A stretch of 36,360 nucleotides of DNA from an uncultured Erysipelotrichaceae bacterium (GCA_902791085.1 CADAUN010000001.1:1-36360), one strand, 5' to 3'. Shown: positions 16,745 to 29,428, counted from the stretch's first letter. Notes: a model not told the origin generated them from the sequence alone. A program made the numbers and translations.

Positions 16745-16862
16745 GATAACGACAGGGGCTCCTTTTTCCCTTTCTTAGCAAAAAAGAAAAGACGGCAAAT
16801 CTCTTCGAAAAAAATCAGATGAGTTTTTCATGATTCCGTTTCATTATCTTTTTTGCAAGACT

Positions 16863-16891
16863 ATTGTAACCATAAAAAGGAAAAATGGTAA
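16863..16891 (-). promoter_or_regulatory. Candidate sigma-70 type promoter of the BMP-ABC operon
   Basis: On the minus strand: -35 TTACCA (16886..16891), a 17-nt spacer, and -10 TACAAT (16863..16868). This predicts a leader of about 115 nt. Confidence 0.4.
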
Positions 16892-16995
16892 CGTTCTTTT
16901 ACGAAATCGCTTTTAAAGAAAAAACAAAATTGCTAGAAACAAAGAAAACATCGAGATCATTTTTAATCATGCAACGATTAAATGAAAAAGAAATT

Positions 16996-17700
16996 TTATT
17001 GAGGATGAATGGAATTGTTATTTGTAGGCGCAGAAGAGCTTTCTGACGGGAAAGGGTTTTTGCCTTGCTTTACATCATCAAAAAAATTGAAATCATCCAA
17101 AGATTTTTCAAAGACGGTGTGGCATCGTTTGTTTAAGCGAATCGCGCGGGCAAGATAAGCTTGGGTGTTTATGGCGTACCAAACGATGGCAACTAACCAT
17201 AAGGGAACCAATAAGTAAGAACCCCAATAAGCATTGACCCAATGAGGCGAACTGATTAAATCCGGCCATCGTGATAAAACGCGCACTCCCCAAACGACGG
17301 TGTGGCAATTCTCATTGCTCCAATCGAAATTGAATAATAAGGTAGAAAATTCCCCAAAATAATTTCGTGCCCAAGAATGATCGATTGCCGAATAGATTAT
17401 CCAAACGAGCAAAGAAGCAATCGCAACGAAAAAGGGAATGAGATTTGCCTTCACATATAGACGATTGTTCTTCTTCCGTCCATATTTCCGTAGTTGTTCA
17501 GGAGATTGAATGACGCGATAGACTACCGCATCATGAATTTCATAATCCATTCTTCCTTCGAATCGAACGGAGACAAAACGGATGAGCCAGCCAAGCAATC
17601 CCACGACGATAAACAAAAGAATTAAGACGAATAACAAAACAACGAGTAACTTCTTGTCGTTGTCGGTAAGGGTAAAATCAACGAGGGAAGGAATGATCAT
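16996..17700 (-). CDS. Hypothetical membrane protein (3 predicted TM helices, duplicated CHTV motif)
   Basis: 234-aa ORF with a strong SD (AAAGGAGGA 8 nt upstream) and an ATGA overlap with the upstream gene. It has three long hydrophobic helices and a Trp-rich loop. No family is recognised. Confidence 0.75.
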   Translation of the reverse strand: MIIPSLVDFTLTDNDKKLLVVLLFVLILLFIVVGLLGWLIRFVSVRFEGRMDYEIHDAVVYRVIQSPEQLRKYGRKKNNRLYVKANLIPFFVAIASLLVWIIYSAIDHSWARNYFGEFSTLLFNFDWSNENCHTVVWGVRVLSRWPDLISSPHWVNAYWGSYLLVPLWLVAIVWYAINTQAYLARAIRLNKRCHTVFEKSLDDFNFFDDVKQGKNPFPSESSSAPTNNNSIHPQ

Positions 17701-18194
17701 GTTGGGTTTCCTCCTTTCGTGGAATCATCTAATAAAGCGGAGATATCTTGGGGTTCTGCAAGGGGATCTTGTGAGGCGGCAGAGACATCTATGGCAGCGT
17801 TAGAAGGAGAAACAGGCATGTCAATTGGCGGATTAGAATTAGGATAAGAAGCTGGTTGGACGGAACCAGGCTGCGGCGACGGCGTCTGAGGTTGTTGCGG
17901 GTAATAATTTTGCTGAATATAGACTTGGTTATTCGGTGCAGGAGTTCCTTGAGGGGTGGCAGAGTGAGTAGAAGCATAAGCCTGAGCCGCTTTGATTTCT
18001 AAGACTTTTTTATCTTCTGGCAATTCTTCAAAAAATGTCTTCTCTCCACGGAAAAAACGAATCAAGCCTTGTAAGTCTTTGAAGATCAACACAAAAAGAC
18101 CATACACCATCGCGACAGCAAGAATGGCAAGCAACAACGGCGAAACAAAAAAGTAAAGCAATCCCAGTCCGAAGTTCTTTAATGCTTTCTTCAT
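17697..18194 (-). CDS. Hypothetical membrane-anchored protein with a P/Q/N-rich disordered C-terminal half
   Basis: 165-aa ORF with ATGA overlaps on both sides. It has an N-terminal hydrophobic hairpin (FGLGLLYFFVSPLLLAILAVAMVYGLFVLIF) followed by low-complexity sequence (QQNYYPQQPQTPSPQPGSVQP). Confidence 0.65.
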   Translation of the reverse strand: MKKALKNFGLGLLYFFVSPLLLAILAVAMVYGLFVLIFKDLQGLIRFFRGEKTFFEELPEDKKVLEIKAAQAYASTHSATPQGTPAPNNQVYIQQNYYPQQPQTPSPQPGSVQPASYPNSNPPIDMPVSPSNAAIDVSAASQDPLAEPQDISALLDDSTKGGNPT

Positions 18195-19099
18195 GCCTTC
18201 GTTTTCCTTTCTCGGTGTTTCAATGATAAAACGGAAATCCCTTCCGATAAAGAAAGGGATGCAAAAAAGGAGAGAAAGAGAAGTGGGGCTACTTCTTTAG
18301 GCAAAAACGCATAAAACGCGGCAGAAAGATAGAAGGAAAGAAGCAAAAGCAATCCCAAAATCAAATAAACCCACCAGGAATTAGGTGAAAACAAGACCAT
18401 TAGGCTAACAACCGAAAAATAAATGGCCCACATGGCAATCAAATAGCCCCAAGTAGGAGAAAGAAATGCAACCCCAAACGCGAGACAAGAAAATCCCAAT
18501 CCCAATCCGATTCCTATTGATATACCTACATTTTTTCTTTCTATTTCTTCCCATCGGCCTAAAATGCCGAAAATCAAGAAAAAGGAAATCCCACTTTCAA
18601 TGAATCCTTCCACCATCAAAAAAGCTGGTAATAGTCGCTTTATCGTTTCATGATTCTCCCAAGGCAACAATGCCGTAACGGTGTCTAGCACTTCAATGCC
18701 GTAAATCAAATGGAGTAACGGAATGGAAAGGGCATTTAATCCTAATGAAAGACAAGAAGTGAGAAAAATGAGCCAAACGGAAGGGAAATTCTTAGCAAGG
18801 CAAAAACCAAAAAGCAAACCGCTCCAAAAAGCAGGAAGAATGAAAAACAATGTGCTGGTAAGTTGATAACAGGTGGCACTGATTATGACTAACGTTCCGG
18901 CAATGCCGTAAAGAGGCAAATAAGAAGGTTTTAGATAATAAGCTGTTAATGCGGTTAACACTGGTAAGAGCAAGACCACAAAAAAAGAAGAGATAGGGAC
19001 AAAGGTAGAAAGCAAAGCAAAGGCAGTAACTAAAGCAATAGACAACCCTATCCAGGCTAGGTTTTGTGTTGGCGTTATGCGAGGAGAGAAGTGCTTCAT
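18191..19099 (-). CDS. Hypothetical polytopic membrane protein (about 8 TM helices)
   Basis: 302-aa ORF that is hydrophobic throughout, with positively charged short loops. No SD is present, and TATAAT lies 9 nt upstream of the ATG. No family is confidently recognised. The size and topology vaguely recall DUF2232/YybS or ECF S-component-like proteins, which is a guess only. Confidence 0.7.
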   Translation of the reverse strand: MKHFSPRITPTQNLAWIGLSIALVTAFALLSTFVPISSFFVVLLLPVLTALTAYYLKPSYLPLYGIAGTLVIISATCYQLTSTLFFILPAFWSGLLFGFCLAKNFPSVWLIFLTSCLSLGLNALSIPLLHLIYGIEVLDTVTALLPWENHETIKRLLPAFLMVEGFIESGISFFLIFGILGRWEEIERKNVGISIGIGLGLGFSCLAFGVAFLSPTWGYLIAMWAIYFSVVSLMVLFSPNSWWVYLILGLLLLLSFYLSAAFYAFLPKEVAPLLFLSFFASLSLSEGISVLSLKHRERKTKA

Positions 19100-19108
19100 C
19101 CATTTTGT

Positions 19109-19114
19109 ATTATA
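19109..19114 (-). promoter_or_regulatory. Candidate -10 box (TATAAT) 9 nt upstream of the membrane-trio start codon
   Basis: The minus strand reads ccgtTATAATacaaaATGgATGaagcac. There is no SD. Confidence 0.4.
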
Positions 19115-19227
19115 ACGGAGAGAAGAAATAAATTAGGGAATTTTTGCCTTTTTGTGTGGAAAGAAACGATGGCTTTTCCTTTATGGAAAAATCACTTCAT
19201 AGTAAGATATTGAAGAAAGATTGAATT

Positions 19228-23561
<4,334 letters not shown>

Positions 23562-23573
23562 TTTTTGTCCTCC

Positions 23574-23615
23574 GCCTCCTTTTTCTGCCTATGGTAAAGA
23601 GAGAGGAGGCTTTTT
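23574..23615 (+). terminator. Rho-independent terminator after ligA (its 3' arm contains the comFA SD)
   Basis: GCCTCCTTTTTCT (23574..23586) pairs with AGAGAGAGGAGGC (23598..23610). That gives 13 bp including two G-U pairs, an 11-nt loop, and then TTTTTCTTTT. Confidence 0.65.
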
Positions 23616-23618
23616 CTT

Positions 23619-24767
23619 TTGGAAGCATTTGTTTGCCCTCGTTGCGGAAATCGAGAAGAACGATATATCGGATACCGAAAAGGAAAACCTTATTGTCGAC
23701 GATGTATCGCGTTTCAAGGCGTAGAAGTTAAGCCTTCTGATGCAAAACCCAAACCCGTCCCTTTAACGTTGCATTATTCTTTATCTAAGGAACAAGAAAG
23801 GATATCCACCCAACTTCTTTCTAACTTTTGTCACGGGATAGACACACTAGTTTATGCCGTATGTGGAGCTGGCAAAACCGAGATGGTTTATGGCGTTCTT
23901 TCCTATGCGGTGGAGCATGGCCTTCGTGCAGGGTTTGCCATTCCACGTAAAGACGTTGTGATCGAACTCTTTTGGCGGCTTAAAGACGCATTTCCTAAAA
24001 ACCATATCGTTGCCGTTTATGGTCAACACACAGCCGTTTTAGAAGGAGATATTGTGATTTTAACCACGCATCAGCTATATCGTTACCCTCAATATTTCGA
24101 TTTGCTGGTAATGGACGAGATTGATGCCTTTCCGTATCAAGGCAATGATACTTTGATTTCTTTGTGTCAAAGGGCGATTCGTGGACATCTTATCATGATG
24201 AGCGCAACGCCGTCTTTGGCTTTGCAAAAGCAATATCAAACGGAACCTCAAAAGGCGTTGCTTGAATTACGAACGCGTTTTCATGGCAAGCCAATCCCCG
24301 TGCCGCGAATCAAATTGTTGCCGCGCTTAGGGCAGTGGATTTATGCCGCTTTTTTATTAAAGCGTTATCAAAAAGAAGGCAAACCTTGTTTGCTTTTTGT
24401 TGCGACCAAAGAACAAGCCGAATCGTTTTACCGTTTCCTGTCTTTTTGGGTAAAAAATGGCAACTATGTTCATTCTGCAAGAGAAGATAGAGAAGACATC
24501 ATTCGTCTCTTTAAGCAACAAAAATACAGTTATTTAGTTTCGACTTCCGTGTTAGAACGCGGCGTCACAGTGAAAAAGTTACAAGTGATATTGCTTTCAG
24601 CAGATGAATCATCCGTTTATTCTTCTTCCGCCTTAATTCAAATGGCGGGAAGGGCGGGACGGAAGTGGGATGCCCCTAAGGGTGACGTATGGTTTTTGGC
24701 AGAGGAAGAAAGCGAGGAAATGAAACATGCCGTCGACGAGATCCGTTATTGCAACACCTTTTTGTAA
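23619..24767 (+). CDS. comFA: Competence helicase/translocase ComFA (DEAD/DEAH-box, SF2)
   Basis: 382-aa ORF with an N-terminal 4-Cys finger CPRCGN..CRRC, Walker A AVCGAGKTE, DEID (motif II), SAT, and C-terminal QMAGRAGR. It is followed by comFC. The start is TTG, with GGAGG 9 nt upstream. Confidence 0.8.
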   Translation: MEAFVCPRCGNREERYIGYRKGKPYCRRCIAFQGVEVKPSDAKPKPVPLTLHYSLSKEQERISTQLLSNFCHGIDTLVYAVCGAGKTEMVYGVLSYAVEHGLRAGFAIPRKDVVIELFWRLKDAFPKNHIVAVYGQHTAVLEGDIVILTTHQLYRYPQYFDLLVMDEIDAFPYQGNDTLISLCQRAIRGHLIMMSATPSLALQKQYQTEPQKALLELRTRFHGKPIPVPRIKLLPRLGQWIYAAFLLKRYQKEGKPCLLFVATKEQAESFYRFLSFWVKNGNYVHSAREDREDIIRLFKQQKYSYLVSTSVLERGVTVKKLQVILLSADESSVYSSSALIQMAGRAGRKWDAPKGDVWFLAEEESEEMKHAVDEIRYCNTFL

Positions 24768-25383
24768 AGTATGCTTTGCTCCCATTCGCACTTTCGATTT
24801 TGTGAGCTTTTGGGATCCTCATCCTTTGTTGTGTGGAAAATGTCGCGCCGCCATGGCGCCATTTTGGCATCACGAAACAATAGGAAAATGGAAGGCGTTT
24901 TCTCTTTATGAATATCACGAAATGATCCAAACGATGCTTTATCAATTGAAAGGATGCGGGGATTATGAGATGGCTAAAACGTTTTTGCATGATTATGTGC
25001 CTTATTTACGTTGGCGTTTTCATTCGTTTGTTTTGGTTCCTGCACCGTCTTATCAAGCGCGGGAAGAAGCGCGTGGTTTTAACCAAGTCGAAGCCATATT
25101 TGAAGAACTAAGACTTCCTTTTTGCCATGCGATTATGAAGACAAGCGACGTAAAACAGGCGGATTTGCATTGGAAAGAACGGCAAGAGATTGGAAAATAT
25201 TTGATTTGGAATAAAACCGTCAATGTAGCAGGGAAGCGAGTCTTATTCGTGGATGACCTATTAACCACGGGGGCGACAGCAAAAGCCGCTTGCCATCTTT
25301 TAGAAAAACACCAAGCGAAGGAAATTCGTATCTTGGCGATGGCACGAACGCCAAAAAACAAAGAAAATGCAAAAATCCCCTAG
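24727..25383 (+). CDS. comFC: ComFC (ComF family phosphoribosyltransferase-like competence protein)
   Basis: 218-aa ORF with an N-terminal Cys pairs CKVC ... CGKC and a C-terminal PRT-type motif VLFVDDLLTTGAT. It overlaps the comFA 3' end by 41 nt. Confidence 0.8.
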   Translation: MPSTRSVIATPFCKVCFAPIRTFDFVSFWDPHPLLCGKCRAAMAPFWHHETIGKWKAFSLYEYHEMIQTMLYQLKGCGDYEMAKTFLHDYVPYLRWRFHSFVLVPAPSYQAREEARGFNQVEAIFEELRLPFCHAIMKTSDVKQADLHWKERQEIGKYLIWNKTVNVAGKRVLFVDDLLTTGATAKAACHLLEKHQAKEIRILAMARTPKNKENAKIP

Positions 25384-25467
25384 AAAAAGCCATTCTTTTT
25401 ATGAGAATACGAAAAATCATAACGAAAAAGTTAGCGGCAATGGGTGTAAAATGCTTTTTGATGTCGT

Positions 25468-25496
25468 TTGATTACCATCTATGGTAATGGTAGAAT
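25468..25496 (+). promoter_or_regulatory. Candidate secA promoter with a perfect palindrome in the spacer
   Basis: -35 TTGATT (25468..25473), a 17-nt spacer, and -10 TAGAAT (25491..25496). The spacer contains ATTACCAT-ct-ATGGTAAT (25471..25488). Confidence 0.45.
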
Positions 25497-25523
25497 GGCA
25501 AAGATTGAGATAGGGAGTTTATC

Positions 25524-28250
25524 GTGGCGAACATCATCGAAAAAATATTTCATCTCGAAAAACGAGAATTGAACAAGTACTATCGCGAATCCGAAGCCGT
25601 CATGCAATATGACGAAGAAATGAGCAAACTGACGGACGATCAGCTGCGGGCGAAGACCAAAGAATTTCAAGAGAAATTAAAAAACGGAGCCAGCGTAGAA
25701 TCCATCAAATACGAGGCATTTGCTGTAGCGCGAGAGGCTGCATGGCGTGTTTTGCATCAAAAGCCATTCCAAGTCCAGATTATCGGCTCTTTGGTTTTGA
25801 ATAACGGCGACATCGCCGAAATGAAAACCGGTGAAGGTAAAACTTTGACGGCGACGATGGCAGTTTATTTGAACGCTTTGACGGGGAAAGGCGTCCATGT
25901 TGTTACGGTGAACGAATATTTGGCTTCGCGTGACGCGGATTGGATGGGCCAAATCTACCGTTTCTTAGGATTAAGCGTTGGCGTAAACTTGGCTTCAAAA
26001 TCCGCTGCTGAAAAACGAGAAGCCTATGCTTGCGACATTACCTATACCACGAACTCCGAATTGGGATTTGATTATCTCCGTGACAATATGGCACCGAACC
26101 TCGATGGTCGGGTCTTGCGCGGTCTTCATTTCGCAATCGTAGATGAAGCCGACTCTATTTTGATTGATGAATCTCGTACTCCTTTGATTATTTCCGGCGG
26201 TTCTAGAACTGCCGCATCGCAATATCAAGTTGCTGATCGCTTTGTAAAGTCATTAAAGAAAGATGTGGATTTCACGATTGATGTGAAAGAAAAAACTTGT
26301 TCTTTAACGGATGAAGGGAACAACAAAGCTGAACGGATGTTTGGCATTCGTAACCTTTATGATCCCGAATATCAAGATTTGGTCCACCGGATTCATCAAG
26401 CGTTAAAAGCAAATTACATCATGGCTCGCGATGTCGAATACATGGTGGATAAAGATCACACAATCCAATTGATTGACCAATTCACTGGCCGTATTATGCC
26501 TGGCCGTGAATATAACGACGGCCTTCAACAAGCCATCCAAGCCAAAGAAGGCGTGGAAATTAAACAAGAGACTGTTGTCTTGGCCACCATTACTTATCAG
26601 AACTTCTTCCGTCTTTATGAGAAACTTTCGGGTATGACTGGTACCGCTAAAACGGAAGAAGAGGAATTCGAAACCATCTATAACATGAAGGTTATCGTGA
26701 TTCCGACAAACCGCCCAGTGGTTCGTATCGATGCGCCGGATTATGTCTTCGCAACGCATAACGAGAAATTGGCCGCTTTAGTGAAAGCGGTGAAAGAACG
26801 TCACGAGAAAGGACAACCGATTTTGATTGGTACAGTCTCCGTTGAATCGAACGAAGAGATTTCTGCTTTATTAACCAAAGCAGGCGTTCCTCACGAGGTT
26901 TTAAACGCGAAAAACCAAGCACGTGAAGCAGAAATTATCTCCCACGCTGGTGAAAAAGGCGCCGTAACTTTAGCCACTAATATGGCAGGCCGTGGCACCG
27001 ATATTAAGTTGGGCCCGGGTGTCCGTGAATTGGGCGGACTTTGTGTTTTCGGAACGGAACGACATGAATCCCGTCGTATTGATAACCAGCTTCGTGGCCG
27101 TTCTGGCCGTCAGGGCGATCCCGGCTTCTCCCGTTTCTTCATTTCCTTTGATGATGAATTGCTCCGTCGTTTTGCCCCAGAGAATTTGAGGCAGCAATTC
27201 CAAAAAGGCTCCGATGGCGAACCGATCGAATCGCGTATGCTCACCAACGCCATCACCAATGCGCAAAAGCAAATTGAAGGCAAAAACTTCGATATTCGTA
27301 AGAACTTGAAGGATTACGATGATGTTTTAGCCAAACAAAGAGACATCATTTATAAACGCCGTGATGCGATTTTGATGGCAGATGATATCGTTGATTTAGT
27401 TCGCGATTTCTTCCATCAGACTGGTCAATTCTTGGCCAAGCAATCCATCGATAAGAATTCCGGCCTTGAAATTGTGAATGGCGAGGCTTTAAAACGCATC
27501 GTCGAGCCACAATTCTTGCCAGCAGGTTCTATTGATGCGAACGCTTACGATGGCGCGCAAGTTGAAGAGGCCGGCGAAGATATCGGCGATATTCTTTATG
27601 CGCGGTATTTGGAAAAACGGAAAACCTGGCCAGCAGAAGAAGCGGATCGCATTGAACGTCAAATCGCCTTGCATGTTATTGACCGTAATTGGCAAGGTCA
27701 TATTGATACGATGTCACATCTCCGTGACGGCATTAGCTTACGGAGCTATGCGCAAACCAATCCGCTTCAGGATTACGTCAATGAAGGTTACGATTTGTTT
27801 GCTGAAATGAACACCAAGGCTGCTGTTGATACGGCATTAAATCTCTTGAATGTGCGCTTGGTCAAAAAGGCGCCAGAGCAACCTGCCGAAGCGCCTGTAG
27901 AGGCACCAAAAGCGGCTGTCGAGCAAAAAACAGAGACGCAATCGATTGCCAAACCGGCTCCGACACCGGCAGAACCCGCCGCTCCATCTGTTGCTGCAAA
28001 ACCTGCCGCTTCTGTAGCAGCTTCGCAACCGAATGTAACCCCTCTTCCTCATCCGTCTTACCATCCCGAACCGTTACAAGAACCAACGCCTGACATGGAT
28101 CCGGATGCGCGTCTTCGCTTAGCTGAGTCCAATCTCCGACGGGCAGACCGCGCTGTCATTGGTAACGAAGCTTATGCGCGCGTCATTCAGGAATACAATG
28201 ATGCCGTAGCGGCAAAAGAAGAAGCCGATAAGAACAAGAAAAGTGAATAA
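25524..28250 (+). CDS. secA: Preprotein translocase ATPase SecA
   Basis: 908-aa ORF with a GTG start and a GGGAG SD. Motifs include MKTGEGKTL (Walker A), VDEADSILIDE, TNMAGRGTDIKLG and RIDNQLRGRSGRQGDPG. The C-terminal 130 aa or so form an atypical P/A-rich tail. Confidence 0.97.
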   Translation: MANIIEKIFHLEKRELNKYYRESEAVMQYDEEMSKLTDDQLRAKTKEFQEKLKNGASVESIKYEAFAVAREAAWRVLHQKPFQVQIIGSLVLNNGDIAEMKTGEGKTLTATMAVYLNALTGKGVHVVTVNEYLASRDADWMGQIYRFLGLSVGVNLASKSAAEKREAYACDITYTTNSELGFDYLRDNMAPNLDGRVLRGLHFAIVDEADSILIDESRTPLIISGGSRTAASQYQVADRFVKSLKKDVDFTIDVKEKTCSLTDEGNNKAERMFGIRNLYDPEYQDLVHRIHQALKANYIMARDVEYMVDKDHTIQLIDQFTGRIMPGREYNDGLQQAIQAKEGVEIKQETVVLATITYQNFFRLYEKLSGMTGTAKTEEEEFETIYNMKVIVIPTNRPVVRIDAPDYVFATHNEKLAALVKAVKERHEKGQPILIGTVSVESNEEISALLTKAGVPHEVLNAKNQAREAEIISHAGEKGAVTLATNMAGRGTDIKLGPGVRELGGLCVFGTERHESRRIDNQLRGRSGRQGDPGFSRFFISFDDELLRRFAPENLRQQFQKGSDGEPIESRMLTNAITNAQKQIEGKNFDIRKNLKDYDDVLAKQRDIIYKRRDAILMADDIVDLVRDFFHQTGQFLAKQSIDKNSGLEIVNGEALKRIVEPQFLPAGSIDANAYDGAQVEEAGEDIGDILYARYLEKRKTWPAEEADRIERQIALHVIDRNWQGHIDTMSHLRDGISLRSYAQTNPLQDYVNEGYDLFAEMNTKAAVDTALNLLNVRLVKKAPEQPAEAPVEAPKAAVEQKTETQSIAKPAPTPAEPAAPSVAAKPAASVAASQPNVTPLPHPSYHPEPLQEPTPDMDPDARLRLAESNLRRADRAVIGNEAYARVIQEYNDAVAAKEEADKNKKSE

Positions 28251-28262
28251 TAAAAGGAATAT

Positions 28263-29382
28263 ATGAAAGAGCTAGTCGAATTAAAACAAACAGCCCAAGA
28301 ATTGGGCAAGCTTGTCTCGCAGCTCGGTGACTCTCTTTGACCTCGCCAAGCTGAAACAAGAAATTGAAACTTTATCCGCCGAACAAAACGAAGAAGGCTT
28401 TTGGAGCGATCAACGCGCTGCGCAAGCCAAAGTGAGTCAACTAAATGACCTCCGTGCCAAAGTCAGCGGGTATGAATCTGTGCAAGAAGATTACGCTGCC
28501 ATTCAGGAATTGTTAGGCGATTCTTCTGCGAATGAGCCGGATATGAGAGGCCTCATTGAAGAAACAGAAAACACTTTAGCAGAAAAAGTGCACGAACTCA
28601 GAAACACGTTGCTATTTACCGGTGAATATGATGCTTTAAATGCAACCTTAGAAATTCATCCTGGCGCCGGCGGAACCGAAGCACAGGATTGGGCTGACAT
28701 GCTTTTCCGCATGTATGGACGTTGGGCAGAAAAACATGGGTTTAAATGGCAAGTTTATTCCTATGAACCCGGAGAAGAAGCCGGACTTAAAAGCGCGATG
28801 GTTAAAATTTCCGGCCATAACGTTTATGGATTATTAAAAGGTGAAAAAGGCGTCCATCGTCTTGTCCGTATTTCTCCTTTTGACGCAAACGCTCGTCGCC
28901 ACACTTCTTTTGCTTCGGTGAACGTTGTTCCTGAATTTGGCAAAGTGGCTGACGCCGTGATTGATCCAAAAGACCTCCGTGTCGATACCTTCCGTAGCGG
29001 TGGTGCTGGTGGACAAAACGTCAACAAAGTCTCTTCTGCCGTCCGTATTACTCATATTCCGACCGGAATTGTGGTGCAGTGCGAAATTGAACGTTCTCAA
29101 TTGTTTAACAAGCAAACTTGTATGGAAATGCTTGCAGATAAATTGATGCAACGCAAACTTGAAGAACGCGATGCCAAAATGAAATCCATCGTGGGCGAAC
29201 AAAAGAATATTGAATGGGGTTCACAAATCCGTTCTTATGTTTTTTGCCCTTACACCATGGTCAAAGACAATCGGACCGATTATTCTACCGCTGATGTTTA
29301 TGGCGTGATGGATGGTGATTTGGACGGGTTTATCTTTGCTTATTTAGAGCTTTTGGCCAAAACAGGCAAGGCTTCAGCCTAG
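28263..29382 (+). CDS. prfB: Peptide chain release factor 2 (requires programmed +1 frameshift at 28335..28341)
   Basis: Frame 0 runs ATG 28263 ... CTT (28335..28337) TGA (28338..28340). Frame +1 continues from GAC at 28339 into the 356-aa ORF, which carries the SPF tripeptide (RISPFDANARRHTSFASV) and GGQ (SGGAGGQNVNKV). The joined product is 372 aa. Confidence 0.93.
28326..28341 (+). promoter_or_regulatory. RF2 autoregulatory +1 frameshift site
   Basis: The sequence reads GGTGA-ctct-CTT-TGA-C. This is the canonical CUU UGA C slippery/stop context with an SD-like GGUGA 4 nt upstream. Confidence 0.9.
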
Positions 29383-29389
29383 CCTGTCT

Positions 29390-29414
29390 ATCGCCTTTTA
29401 AGGCGATTTCGTTT
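29390..29414 (+). terminator. Rho-independent terminator after prfB
   Basis: ATCGCC(TT)-tt-(AA)GGCGAT hairpin followed by TTTCGTTT. It lies 8 nt after the prfB stop. Confidence 0.6.
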
Positions 29415-29428
29415 ACAATGAATGAAGG

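Noticed and set aside
16745-16862. Possible purine/nucleoside riboswitch, PyrR site or cre box in the BMP-ABC leader
   Set aside because: No match by eye to purine, 2'-dG, PRPP or ZTP riboswitch cores or to the PyrR ARUCCAGAGAGG motif. The cre-like tgaaacggaatca is one base short of the TGWNANCGNTNWCA consensus. Only a weak hairpin remains, and it is reported separately at low interest.
18792-19103. 103-aa alternative-frame ORF starting at the ATG at 19103, 4 nt upstream of the membrane-trio ATG
   Set aside because: Its Cys/Phe/Leu/Ser-rich sequence has no TM periodicity. The overlapping frame encodes a coherent polytopic membrane protein. However, the ATG at 19103 lies even closer (5 nt) to the -10 box, so actual start usage needs experimental mapping.
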